Assembly (NCBI GenBank): GCA_023213395.1
Contig: CM041465.1
Span: forward strand, 191,277,741-191,341,740
Direction of reading: 5' to 3'
Source of the DNA: Cycas panzhihuaensis
Taxonomy: Eukaryota; Plantae; Cycadophyta
Length of the DNA stretch: 64,000 nucleotides
A program made the translations under genes and the position numbers. Shown piece after piece: positions 40,001-52,000 of the stretch. How positions within the stretch are numbered: position 1 is the first letter of the stretch; each line of letters starts with the position of its first letter. Under the pieces are notes generated by a model, which saw nothing but the letters and a program-made list of their open reading frames with translations, had not been told where the DNA came from and made no database searches.

Positions 40001-43000
40001 TGTAACCGATTCTCCAGAACATGACATTCGTCAGGAATATAAAGGGAGTTACAAAGAAGGATTCATAACATTACCCTTTCAATAACTAGGATAAAACATT
40101 ATACTCTAACACCCTCTGTTAATGTCTTATCCTCTTTTAGACCTATCTTATCTCTAAGAGTTTGAAATCTATCTTTCCCAAGAGGCTTTGTCAAAATATC
40201 TGCAATTTGTTCTGCTATGGGATAGTATGTTAAATCAATTTCTTTATTATGAACCTTCTCTCTTATAAATGGTGATGTATTTCTATATGCTTTGTCCTTG
40301 CGTGAAGAACTGGGTTTTTGGTCAGCTTGATTGTACTCTGAATGTCACAGTTCAGAGTTGTTGCTGCATATTGTTATCGGTCCAAGTCTGCTAGAAGCTA
40401 TCTTAGCCATATTGCTTCGCTTGTAGCACTTACTGCAGATTTGTATTCAGCTTTTGTTGATGATAACGCAACAGTAGTTTGTCTCTCACTGCTCCAAGAG
40501 ATTATTGTTGACCCAAGAAAGAAGAAATAAGCACTTGTGAACTTTCTCTACTATGCCTCCTGCCCAGTCTAAGTCGCAAAACCCTGACAATTCTATTGAT
40601 TTTTCTCTGGGGTATATTAATTTCAAATCAATTGTTCCCTTTAGATACCTTAGTATTCTTCTTGCAGCTTTCCAATGTTTTATTTTGGGTTCTTGCATGT
40701 ATCTCAAAACCAGACCTATTGAATATGATATGTTTGGTCTAGTTGTTGTGAGATAGATTACGTTGCCAATTAATTGCCTATACAGTGTTGCATTGGCCAA
40801 AGGTTCTTCCTTTCTATGATCAAGTTGCAGTTTACCCCCATGGGTGTTGCACATGGATTGCAATTTTCCATCTAAAACTTAATCAACAAGTCTTTGATAT
40901 ACTTCCCTTGAAATAGGGTGCGAAGTCCTCTAGTTGACTGGCTTCCAATCCTTAGAAGGCCCAAATCAGTCATTTCAAATTCCCTTTCTAGTTGTTTCTT
41001 TATGTTCTCAATTGATTCATCATCGCTCCCTATGAGTCTCATATCATCTACATAAACTACAACTATAGTGATCAACCCATTTCTTTTCTTTACATATAAA
41101 CTCGAGTCAAAGTCGAAACGTCTAAAAAACCGTTCTAACACAGATGTTTGTCTAATTTGGCATACCAAGCCAAGGGGCCTGTTTCAAGCCATACAGAGCC
41201 TTCTTCAATTTGCAAACCAAGTGTTCTTGTCCTTCTTTGATGTATCCTTTTAGCTATGCCATGTAGACTTCCTCTTCCAGTTCTCCATTTAAGAATGCAC
41301 TTTTAACATCCAGATGAAAAACTTTCTAGTTTTGTTGAGAGGCCAAGGCAATAATTGTTCTCACTGTATTTAATTTGGCTACAAGAGAAAATGTTTCTTC
41401 AAAATCTACTCCAATTGTTTGTGTATAGCCTTTGGCAACAAGTCTGGCTTTGTACTTCTCAATTTTTCCATTCCAAATGAACTTTATCGAAGAGTTATCT
41501 ATCGGAATAATACTCTTACCGATCTATTAGCAAGAAGTAGATCTACGCTAGGGGGATTAGTTATTTGTAGATGCACTTCTAGATAATGCCATTCATGGGA
41601 CAGTCATGATAGACCTTACAAATCATTTTCAAATGTAATCGAAGGCAAAGAAGGAAGATCTTGTGAAAATTTACTTGAAAATAATCCATTAATAATAAAT
41701 TATTCGCTGCGGTAAAGTGCAATGCAATTTAGAAATGGAATGAACCCTTGAGATGAATTCAGTGTGAGATTTTATTTCTCGTGAATAAGAATATAAAGAT
41801 CAATTCGATTGGATCCAAGGAAAAAGTAGCTAAAGATACCTATGGGAATTAGATCTGATCCATCGGGTTGCCTGGGACTCGAACCCGAAACTCGTCGGAT
41901 GGAGTGGATGATCTCCTCCTTCAATAGGAGGAAAACCACAAGGTTATTTGGAGATAGCTCAACTAATTCCCATGTCTGGTTTTTAGCAATTGATTGCATT
42001 TTTTAATCCATTGTTGTTCTCCATTCTAGCTGATCTTTTGCCTCTTGAAAGGATTGTGGCTCAACACTGTTGTACAAAGCCCAAGGTCTTTGACTTCTAG
42101 TTCTGTGCATAAATAAATCTCCTTTTCCTTCTTCAATTGTTTTGATGTACCATCTTGGCATTTTCTTTTCCTCCCTTGGTTCTTCTTCAGTGATTGATCC
42201 TTCTAAAGGTTGTTCCTCTTCTACTGAGATTGAATCTTCATGTGATATTGGTAAAGATTCTAATGTTTGAGGGATCTCTTCTGAGGTAAGTTCCAAGGCC
42301 TCTTCCATGATAATTTCTTGAGATGTTGCTTTTGATCCCTCTTGAATTTGTCTGAATTGAGACTTGTTGCCCAGAACATCATCTTCATTAAACACAACAT
42401 CTCTACTTACATAGATCTTGTTAGTTTTTGGATCTATGCATTTATAAATCTTTGAATTTTTGTTGTATCCTATCATAATACATTTTATACTCTTTGCATC
42501 AAGTTCTAATCTCCTTTTATCAGGAACATGGACGAATGCTTGACATCCAAAGACTTTTAAAATGCTTATGTCAGGTTTCTTACCCGTCCAAGCTTCTTGT
42601 AGCAATCCTACCGAAGTCTTCTAAGAAATTTTACAAAAACAGACCAAACATCAACCAAATGCACTTGTAAAATATCCAATCAAGAGAGCAATAATACAAA
42701 TTCATTTGAATACTTATGACATACAAATATAAAGTGGTATGAAATGAATATAAACCAAATAGATACCAGGTTACCAAAAAATCCCACAAATTACTAATGA
42801 TAATGAATCCCTCTTCTAGGCGAGGTTCCCTCCACAAAGCTCCTCAAAAGGGCCAAAAATACTGCAGTCCAAGACTTCTCCAATGATGATGAAATGAGAC
42901 CGCAAATTCTCCTTAAATAGGTGGCAAAAGGATAGCAATAGAAGTCAGCCAGAAAAGATGATATTCTTCTTAATACTGCACAAATAGAAGTCGGCCAGAA

Positions 43001-46000
43001 CTACTCCAAAAACTGACAGACTAACTTTAAATGGTCATAACTTTTGATACAGATGTCAAAATTAACTTTCGTCTAGACCGTTGGAATCGTCGTTCAGAGA
43101 CCTTCGATTTGAATGGCCATAAGCTATATTTGTGATCATATTTAGGAATGCTACACTTCTTCCAAAGTGATTTGCTCTAATGCTTTTGTGGGACCAATTT
43201 ATCAAATAACAGGCGATGCTAACCACTTCTACCCAGTAGATTTTTGAAACGTGTTTCTCAAAAAACATACTGCAGGCCATTTCCATTATGGTTCTATTCT
43301 TTCTTTCAACAACCCCGTTGGACTGACGGGTATAGGAAGTGGTGAACTGTCTACGTATCCCATTTATTTTTAAAAAAATCAAAGTCTTTCGATATGTATT
43401 CTCCACCACCATCTAACCTAATGCATTTTATTTGAACTCCGGACTCTAACTTATCTTACGAAGGAAATACACCCACACCTTTGTAGGAATGAGTGGATAG
43501 GAGTAGGAGACATGTCATAAAGCACATGTGAAATACACAAGAGATGACAATACGACAAATAACTCACAACTCTCCAAATCTCATTAAGAAAATATGCAAG
43601 GTACAAATACATACTCATAACTTTACACTAAGTCTAAACATAGGAGGTGGTTCAACAACTCCCATCATTTTTGGTGGGCTCAAACTATCTCATTAATAGT
43701 TGAGCATCTTTGACTTCTAGAAACTTTGACTAGGATTCTTCTCTCACTAGAATATTCTACGTGAGCAGTTATTCTAATGAAATGAAATGAACTTAAATGG
43801 ACATGTAATGGGAATGTACATTATTCCAACACCCTCCCATAATGTTAAGTTCATTTCCTTACATAAACATCAGTGTCCTAAGTCTCTCAAAATTTCTCAC
43901 AACTTAAAGTCTAAGTGAGAATATTACAACTTGAGGGACAATACATCAACTTAATTTTGCCATGCTCCATATGTTGTCGAATAGAATGCTGGTAATCTTC
44001 CACAAGCTTGAATCTGTCATGGAACCCAATTCTACGATAATTGGAAGGCATTTTGTTGTAGTAGAACAACTGAAGAAGTCAAAAGAAGTCAATTAAGCCC
44101 AAAATGGCTTTTTGAATGCTGTGACTGCTGCTTTGCATACCATCTTGGTGGAATAAACTATCCACATCAAGAGATCAACCAGAATTAGGTGCTATGCATA
44201 TCCTGTCGTTGATTTGGCCTTTAATTGCTACAAGAAATCAACCAGAACCAAGTGATCTATGCACATCTTGTCATTGATTTGGATCAACCAGAACTAAGTG
44301 TCATCCACATCCTGTTGTTGAATTGACTCAACCAAAACTATAAGTGGTCAATGCACATCCTATCATTGATTATGCTCAACTAGAACTAAGTGTCATCCAC
44401 ATCCTGTCGTTGATTTGCCTTTGTAGTTGCCTTTAATTGGATATGATTAGGCTTCCTGTCTTCTCCTTCAACAACTCCCATAGGTCTTTGTAAGACTGGA
44501 AAGTGTTACATTACATAGAACTTACATTTTGTCTTGGTGAATCTAGCAAATTTTAGCTAGTAATTCACAGACATTTTATGAAGTCTGTAATTAAGAAATT
44601 AAGGAGAAGAAGTGTTTTAAATCACCGCAAGTATGAGTCTTATACATCACTCAGTGATTGCAAGGTGGAAAGAGTACAAATAAAAGGTTTAAAACACCTT
44701 TTAAATACACCATTAAAGAGGAAGAAGTACATTAAAAGATCCTCTTAAAGTTCTTTAAAAAGAGGATTAAGTACACTAAAACTCCCCTTAAAAAATTCTC
44801 TCAAAGTACATTGAAGAATCCTCTTAAAATAGAGTCAAAGTATATACTCTAAGGAGGATTAGGTAGATGAGAAAAGACCTTGAAGTACTCCCAAATTGAA
44901 GCCAATAAAATACCCTTAAAAGAAGACAAACTCCTTAAGGTATTATGCCCCTGAAAGAAGACAAAATAAAGCTTGATAGCTTGATGTCTTCATGAGGTAT
45001 CACATCCTTTTATGCCACTAAAAAAGTACCTTTTAGAGAGGATAAAGCACATTGAAAACCTCATTAAAATACTCCTTTGAATGTCGCCTTAAAAACATAT
45101 CTCAAAGAAGATAAAATGTTTAAAAAAGCTTTTTGAAATATGCCTTAAAATAGAGCCAAAGTGTACTTTTAAAAAAAGGACAAATTATATGACAAAATAC
45201 CTCTTAAGTACCCTTTACATGTCGCAAAAAAAATGCTCCTTTAAAAGGAAGAGAATGAACTGCATTTATAATCCTCTTAAAACATCTTTATACCACTAAT
45301 AACATCTCCTTTAAAGAGGATAAATTATATTAAGATCCTCTTATATGCCACCAATAATGTACCTTTAAACAAGAGGATAAAGTATATTTAAAATTCTCTT
45401 GAGGTACTCTTCTATGAAGCCAAAAAAAGGTACTTTTAAAAGAGGACAATGTACATTCTGAGGACCCTCTTAAAGTATCTTTTAAAATGGAACTTAATAG
45501 TACCATTTTATGTCCGCCAAAATACTACCATAATAAAACACTTTATTAAGGACAACATATTTACTAAGTGCCTTTAGAGTGTAAGGTTCAATTGAATATT
45601 CTTCAAAGATAAATAAGTCTCTTTAACAAACTCTATAAAAACTTTATAAAAATTAGAATATTCTTAAAAATATTCTAAAGTTTATAAACTTTAGAATTAA
45701 AATTCTAATTCCTATTTTTCCGATGACGGGGCATCTCGAGCGGCGGTGGCTTATTTCCGTTTGCCGACGAGCGGCGTTACCAGGTGGCGACTGGGAGGCG
45801 GCGTGGCTCCGGTGACAGTACTTGGAACGGGCGGCTGAATGAATAGAGCTGACTGACAGCTCCCGTCCGCTAGGTGGCGGCTCCTGTGGATAGACGACGG
45901 CGGCTATCTACGGTGGTTGCTGGGTGGCAATAGCTGTCTTCCGTGTCGACGGCTCCGTGAGGAGGTTGCGACCTCGGTTGGCGGCTTGGGCGAGTGACAA

Positions 46001-49000
46001 GGCTGTCCTGTGGCTACTTGAGTGTATTTCCAGCGTCTTCTATTCGACAGATGGCAGTTGTTCTCCAACACAGGTCACAAGTGGTGTGGCACTCCATAGA
46101 TCTGCAGATGGTTCGAGTTGGCTCTTCAAGCGATGGTAGTCAATTCAACGACTTTGGAATGGTGGCTCAAGATGGCAGCAAAGGCTATGCTCCAAGTATT
46201 GGCTAGCATCCAGCCAACAAAGATAGACAGACGGACAGACTTATAGCTTTACCATTTCAGGCAGTTACTTCAACCCTCACACAGACATCCCAACACAGAA
46301 TGATTAGGGACCCTTCTTCACAAACGACTGCCTCTATAGAGTTTCTTTCAATTGTATCTCTTTATCTGTATGTTTTACTCACAGAGTGTCCAATCAGTTA
46401 GACACAGGTGACAATGAGCAACATCACAGTTGTAAGAAAAAAAGAGAGCAGGCTCATTTGGACAGCCATAGAATTTTGATAATGGATAGCAATTTTGTAG
46501 CATATTATCCCACAGAATTCACATATTGATTGATGTAAGAGAAGGGCAGCCATCTTAAGACAGAATCTAACACACATACACGGTAGAATTTAAGACACAC
46601 ATGGCATAACACAAGTTTCCATAACCTATAAGCTCTGATACCATGTAGGAATGAGTGGATAGGAGTAGGAGACATGTCATAAAGCACATGTGAAATACAC
46701 AAGAGGTGACAATACGACAAATAACTCACAACTCTCCAAATCTCATTAAGAAAATATGCAAGGTACAAATACATATTTATAACTTTACACTAAGTCTAAA
46801 CATAGGAGGTGGTTCAACAACTCCCATGATTTTTGGTGTGCTCAAACTACCTCATTAATAGTTGAGCATCTTTGACTTCTAGAAACTTTGACTAGGAATC
46901 TTCTCTCACTAGAATATTCTCATCTAGAATATTCTATGTGAGCAATTATTCTAATGAAATGAAATGAACTTAAATGGACATGTAATGGAAATGTACATTA
47001 TTCCAACAACCTTTCGAGTGAAATCATCAATGAAGGTTAAAAAATACCTACATCCATTGATTGAAGGTGGAGCAAAAAGGGCCACCCAAATCAGTGTGAA
47101 TCAATTCTAAATTATTTTGGGCACGCCAACTGCTTTCATTAAATGGAAGTCGATGTTGCTTCCCGAATGGGCAATCTTTGCAAACAAAATTTTCAAATGT
47201 GATCGGAGTCGGGCCATTTACCATGCCTGAATTTTCCATTAGCTTTAATGTATCTACAGGGAAATGCCCATACTTCAAATGCCAAACTTTATTATCAGAA
47301 TTTACAGTAGTACATGCTTTAATACCCAATTTAGGGTTTATAGGGTCTGACAACAACCTATACAGGTCATTACAGCTTATGCCTTTGACTATTATATTGC
47401 CATCATTTCATATCCATTACATAACAGTAGCCCTCTTCATCAAATACAATTCTTAGCCTTTTCTTGCTAAGTCGTGACACTAACAGAAGATTCATTTTTA
47501 AGCCTGGAACAAGCAACACATTCCCTACTTTCTTTATGTTCCCTTGCAAAATGACAACTATGGAACCAACTCCCTTTATATCCAATGGGTAGTTATCACC
47601 CATTTCAATAGATTTGTCAGTTTTATATGCTTTTAGTGATTCAAACCAAATTTCTCGATTAGTCATGTGACGGGAGGCACCTGAATCAATATACCAAACA
47701 TTCTTATCTTGTAAGCTTGCAGAAAGAGTTGTAATGAATGTTGTTTCTTCCTCCTCCTCCTCCTCCATCTGCTCCTTGTTATAGTTCCCAACTGGATGTT
47801 TCCCTCTCTGAATATCTGCTCTTCTTTGCGGGCATTGATAGGGATAATGACCTAGCTCTCCACAATGATAATAGAGATCAAAGGCTCTACATAACTTGGC
47901 TTACCGCAATTGTAAATCCTTGTGTCTCTTGTGCATCCACGACCTTTGTTATACTGCCATCGACCACGAGTAGTACCCCTGGCATCTAGAGTTCGTCCTC
48001 TTCCTCGTGATTGATTTCTTCCTCTGGGGCCCAAGTTCAATCTGGACATAAAGGCATCCTTGATCTCTGTTGTGTCTTTGTAGCGCTTATTCTTCTTCTC
48101 CTATCTAAGTAATAAAGCAGTTAATGTATCAAGAGTCATTTAATCAATCTGGTTATTACTTGTTATGGTGTTGATGGTCACATCAAAAGATTTTGGTAGC
48201 TTGCTTGCTACCATTTCCACTAGTTCTTATTTTGAAATAGCAACTCCTACGCTCAAGAGATCATTCCTTATTGAAACAATTTTGTGAATAAATGCAAATA
48301 AAGTGTCAAATTCCTTCATGTGCAAATTAAACATCTCCTCCTTAAGCGCTATTATTCTAGCCTTATTCTTTGGACTATACAAACTTTTAAAACATGTCCA
48401 GATTGTAAATGAGGAATTTAAATTTTCCACATACACAAGGAGAGGATCTGAGACTCAGAGTTTCAAAATAATTACACCTGCATTGTCTCTTTCTATCTAG
48501 TTGGCTAGATCAATACTTGTAGCAGCAGGCCAAGCTTCAACTCCATTAGCAATATTCTGTGTGTTTTTTGCTCTCAAACAGTTTTCTATCTTAATTTTCC
48601 AAATATGATAGCTTGAATCTGTCAATTTGTCTTGATCAGACAAAGCCAAAATTGAGGAGGCCATCCTTGAAAACAGAAACTTGTTTTTGACATATTTGAC
48701 CGTACAATTGTACAAATTTTTGTACAAAACCCCATTTGTACGAACTAGTACAATATGTACCTCAAAAGAAAGATTTTTTCAAGCTCATTACAGATCTGTA
48801 ATTATTTTTGCAAAATAGTCTTCAGATTCTCAGAAATTTGACCTGAAAGTTGGAGAGGGGCAGCTAGGGTTTTATAGAAAAAAGCTTTGATTTCTCAAAA
48901 TCTTTCAACAAAATTTGCAAAATCTATCTTAACCTCTTTGATTTATTGATACTCAAATTATGCAAACAGATTTACTCGAAGAAATCAAAGATTTTTTTAA

Positions 49001-52000
49001 AAATGAAGAAAAACACCTTCAACCCTGCGCGGACTAAAATGGGGCAATAACGGCCTCAAAATGAGCTCAAGTGACTTCGTGACAAAAGGAAGAAGTGATG
49101 TCCGTACTGAGAGAAACCTACTGGCCAAATTTAATCAAAAACAGATTATTTCAAAAAATCTGTGTTCATACAAGTTTGTACAAAACCGTACAACATCGTA
49201 CTACAATAAACTCTATAGTCTCCAATCTCCTCAAACTTTGTCTTTTATCTTCCTTGAATTCTAGAGCGATTTGATTTCAATTTGATCCAGAATCCTTACA
49301 ACGGCAATTTTCCTTGACAAGCAACCAAATTGACTCTCTTTGATACCATGTTAACTTCACAAAAAGTACAAACCAGAATTTTGATGTAAAGATAACTTGA
49401 ATTACAGTGACACAATGTCTCCTTAAATATACATTATTCAATGCAATCGTTACAAATTGAATTGTAACCAACTCTCCAGAACATGACACTTGTCAAGAAT
49501 ATATAAAGGGAGTTACAAAGAAGGGTTTATAACATTACCTTTTCAATAACTAGGAGAAAATGAAGGAAAAGGAAAAAATGACTCCATTGTGTGAAAAAGG
49601 GAAGCAAATGGAAAGGTTCACAGCCACTTTCATCTCATGCAAATTGGCAAGGTGTGGGGCTCACAATATTGCTCCACCAACACTCATTCTATTCATGTTC
49701 TCAATATCAATTTCATGTTGGTCTTATTCTCATGTTGATGCCCATGCCCAGTCTCATTTCCGTGTAAACCAATAAACTCTTTCACTTGACATGGCAATGG
49801 GTTGGAAGAAAGGAAGAAGAGGACTATAGGCTATGTGAAGCCATGGGGAAGGTTTCGTATAAAGCATCTAGCATAGAAGGTACAGATAGTTGTCGCATGT
49901 CTAACTATGTTAATGTGAAGTCATTTATTAGGAGTGAGAATAAGAAGTTGGTTCTTAAAGAAAATTTAAATAGGCTCCAGCCTAGGGCTATAAATAGGGG
50001 AGCACTATTCAATTGTAGGCACTTTACAGAATCATTATTTTATCTGGAAATGATGGCCTAAGGCCCCTGGGGCACTGCTGTGCCATTGGGAGAAAACCCT
50101 GACCTTAAAGAGAGAGATTATCACTGAGATCTCATTTGATATAATTTTCAATTGCTATTGTAATTCTGATATTGTTTTACATTGAGAGCTATTATCTGAG
50201 ATATTTCTGATGTAATTGCTATATTTTCTATTATAAAATCCCAGGGCTTGCCACGGTAGTTCTGAAGCCTGATACAGGGAAAAGGATGAGATAGGCAGTT
50301 CCACTTTTAAGTTGAACACACATTTTCTTGCATTAAGTTTCATAATACATTATGCAAGGCATTACTTGGACCTATTTTGGCCAAGAAAACAGGAATGAAC
50401 TGGATACCTAACTTAATGTGAGGTGCAAAGGGCTTCTAAGAAAACATTACAGAACTGGATTCCTGATTTGGGTAGAGGCCCAAGGAAATCTTCATAACTT
50501 GTTGCCAAATTCAATAACATAGAGACTTGCAATTTAGCCAATTGTGGCTGCAAAAAAAGAGGCATAGAGTTTGTGCACATAAGATTGCAGCATGCCTTTT
50601 GCCCACCGATTTCAACTATAATTGAAATTGAGAGTTGTATATGAAGTACATGCAAGAAGGAATGATAAAGGGCCATGAAGCTGCCAGAGTATGGGCCATG
50701 TTCACTTCTCCGTCTTAGCTGGGATGTGGCTTCTGGTGAAGGAGGAAACACCTTGGTTAGGCTGGACTGTCCAAATCATTGAGCAATTTAACCATTTGAC
50801 AAAGGTAAATCTCACCTATCGCAATGCTTTGTTGATAGGATTACAGTGCAAACAAGCCATGATAAAGCTTACAGATAGTAGAAATTTCAGTCCTGAATCT
50901 GATGTAATCAGTAATTTACACACAGCATCATACATTTTAAATTATTAGCTCTTCAGTGGTTGAAGATTCCTCCCACCACTCTTTTTAATTGAACCAAATG
51001 GACTTCTAAACATTAAGGGACTGGGTGTTTGACTAGCAGGCCCATCCTCCATTCAGAATTGAAGACCTTTACACTCACCAAGATGATACTACAATCAAAA
51101 ATCAAGAAAATTGTTACATGCCCATTATCTCACAGCAGAAGTGTCCTTACCTTGTCAAGAGCAAGAATCTTTGTCCATATAAATACAAGAACTTGCCGCA
51201 GTTCTGTAGCAGTTGTTTGCAGCAATTTCAGTACATATGGAAAAATCCCAACAGAAAGGGCCTGAAGAACAACAAAATTTTGAATTACTTGTGGACTTTC
51301 AAATAAAAATAGTTTGTGAATTTCCACACAAAATCCAGGAAAATCAAAAGCTTCAGTTACCAGATCTACTGCCCAAGCACCCATGTCCAAAAACCTTCCA
51401 AGCAGCACCAATGCCCGACATCTGTGTGATTGACTCAGTAATACCTACAAATACAGGATTGGCAAGTTCACTTTCACCGTACCATAGTACAGATCAAAAA
51501 TAAAGGCATTATTAGATTTGAAGCAGCAAAATCAGGTCGAGCCATGCACACTAGACCAAATGTCATACCACCAACACAGAGTCATGCAAGCAATAAAATC
51601 CAGCAACCACAATTGCGGCAAGAGAAGACACATGTCGACAACTAAAGCAAAGAAAAGTATTTAGCCAGATCTGATTGTCATTTCAGAAGGAACCAAACAA
51701 ATTTGTTCTGTTTCAAACACCCAAAGAAATATTTAAAACATTCATTCATTCAGAAATTACCAGGTATAGATTGTTTGATGTTTCTAATTCTGCAGTGACT
51801 TGGTTTTAAGCATCTACAATAAGATGCAACTTTAAATAAAACCTTGTGATTTACCAATCTATGGATTCCAAAAAGACTAGAAGGAGAAAAACAAGAGAAA
51901 AAACTGAAAAGCAACAAGAATTCTATGATTAAAACCATCACCAAAAGCAATAATAAGCCTTCATTAAAACTAAAGAAACCACACAATAAACTCCCAGAAT

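Larger units (their letters stand above)
39887..49560 (-). mobile_element. Ty1/Copia element D in the 12-kb RAPTOR intron, degenerate, with three nested insertions; LTRs 39887..40111 and 49349..~49560
   Basis: Alignable short LTRs (~16 substitutions in ~210 bp by eye), PBS-Met at 49340..49348, PPT at 40112; gag, PR ([12 protein letters not shown]), INT, RT (VYVDDM) and RH. Confidence 0.92.

Noticed and set aside
41864-41898. Functional tRNA-Lys gene
   Set aside because: Only the 3' exon is present, it is mutated and it lies in nuclear TE context
50413-50948. ORFs of 85-112 aa in the RAPTOR intron
   Set aside because: No homology recognised; flanking RAPTOR exons join in frame without them
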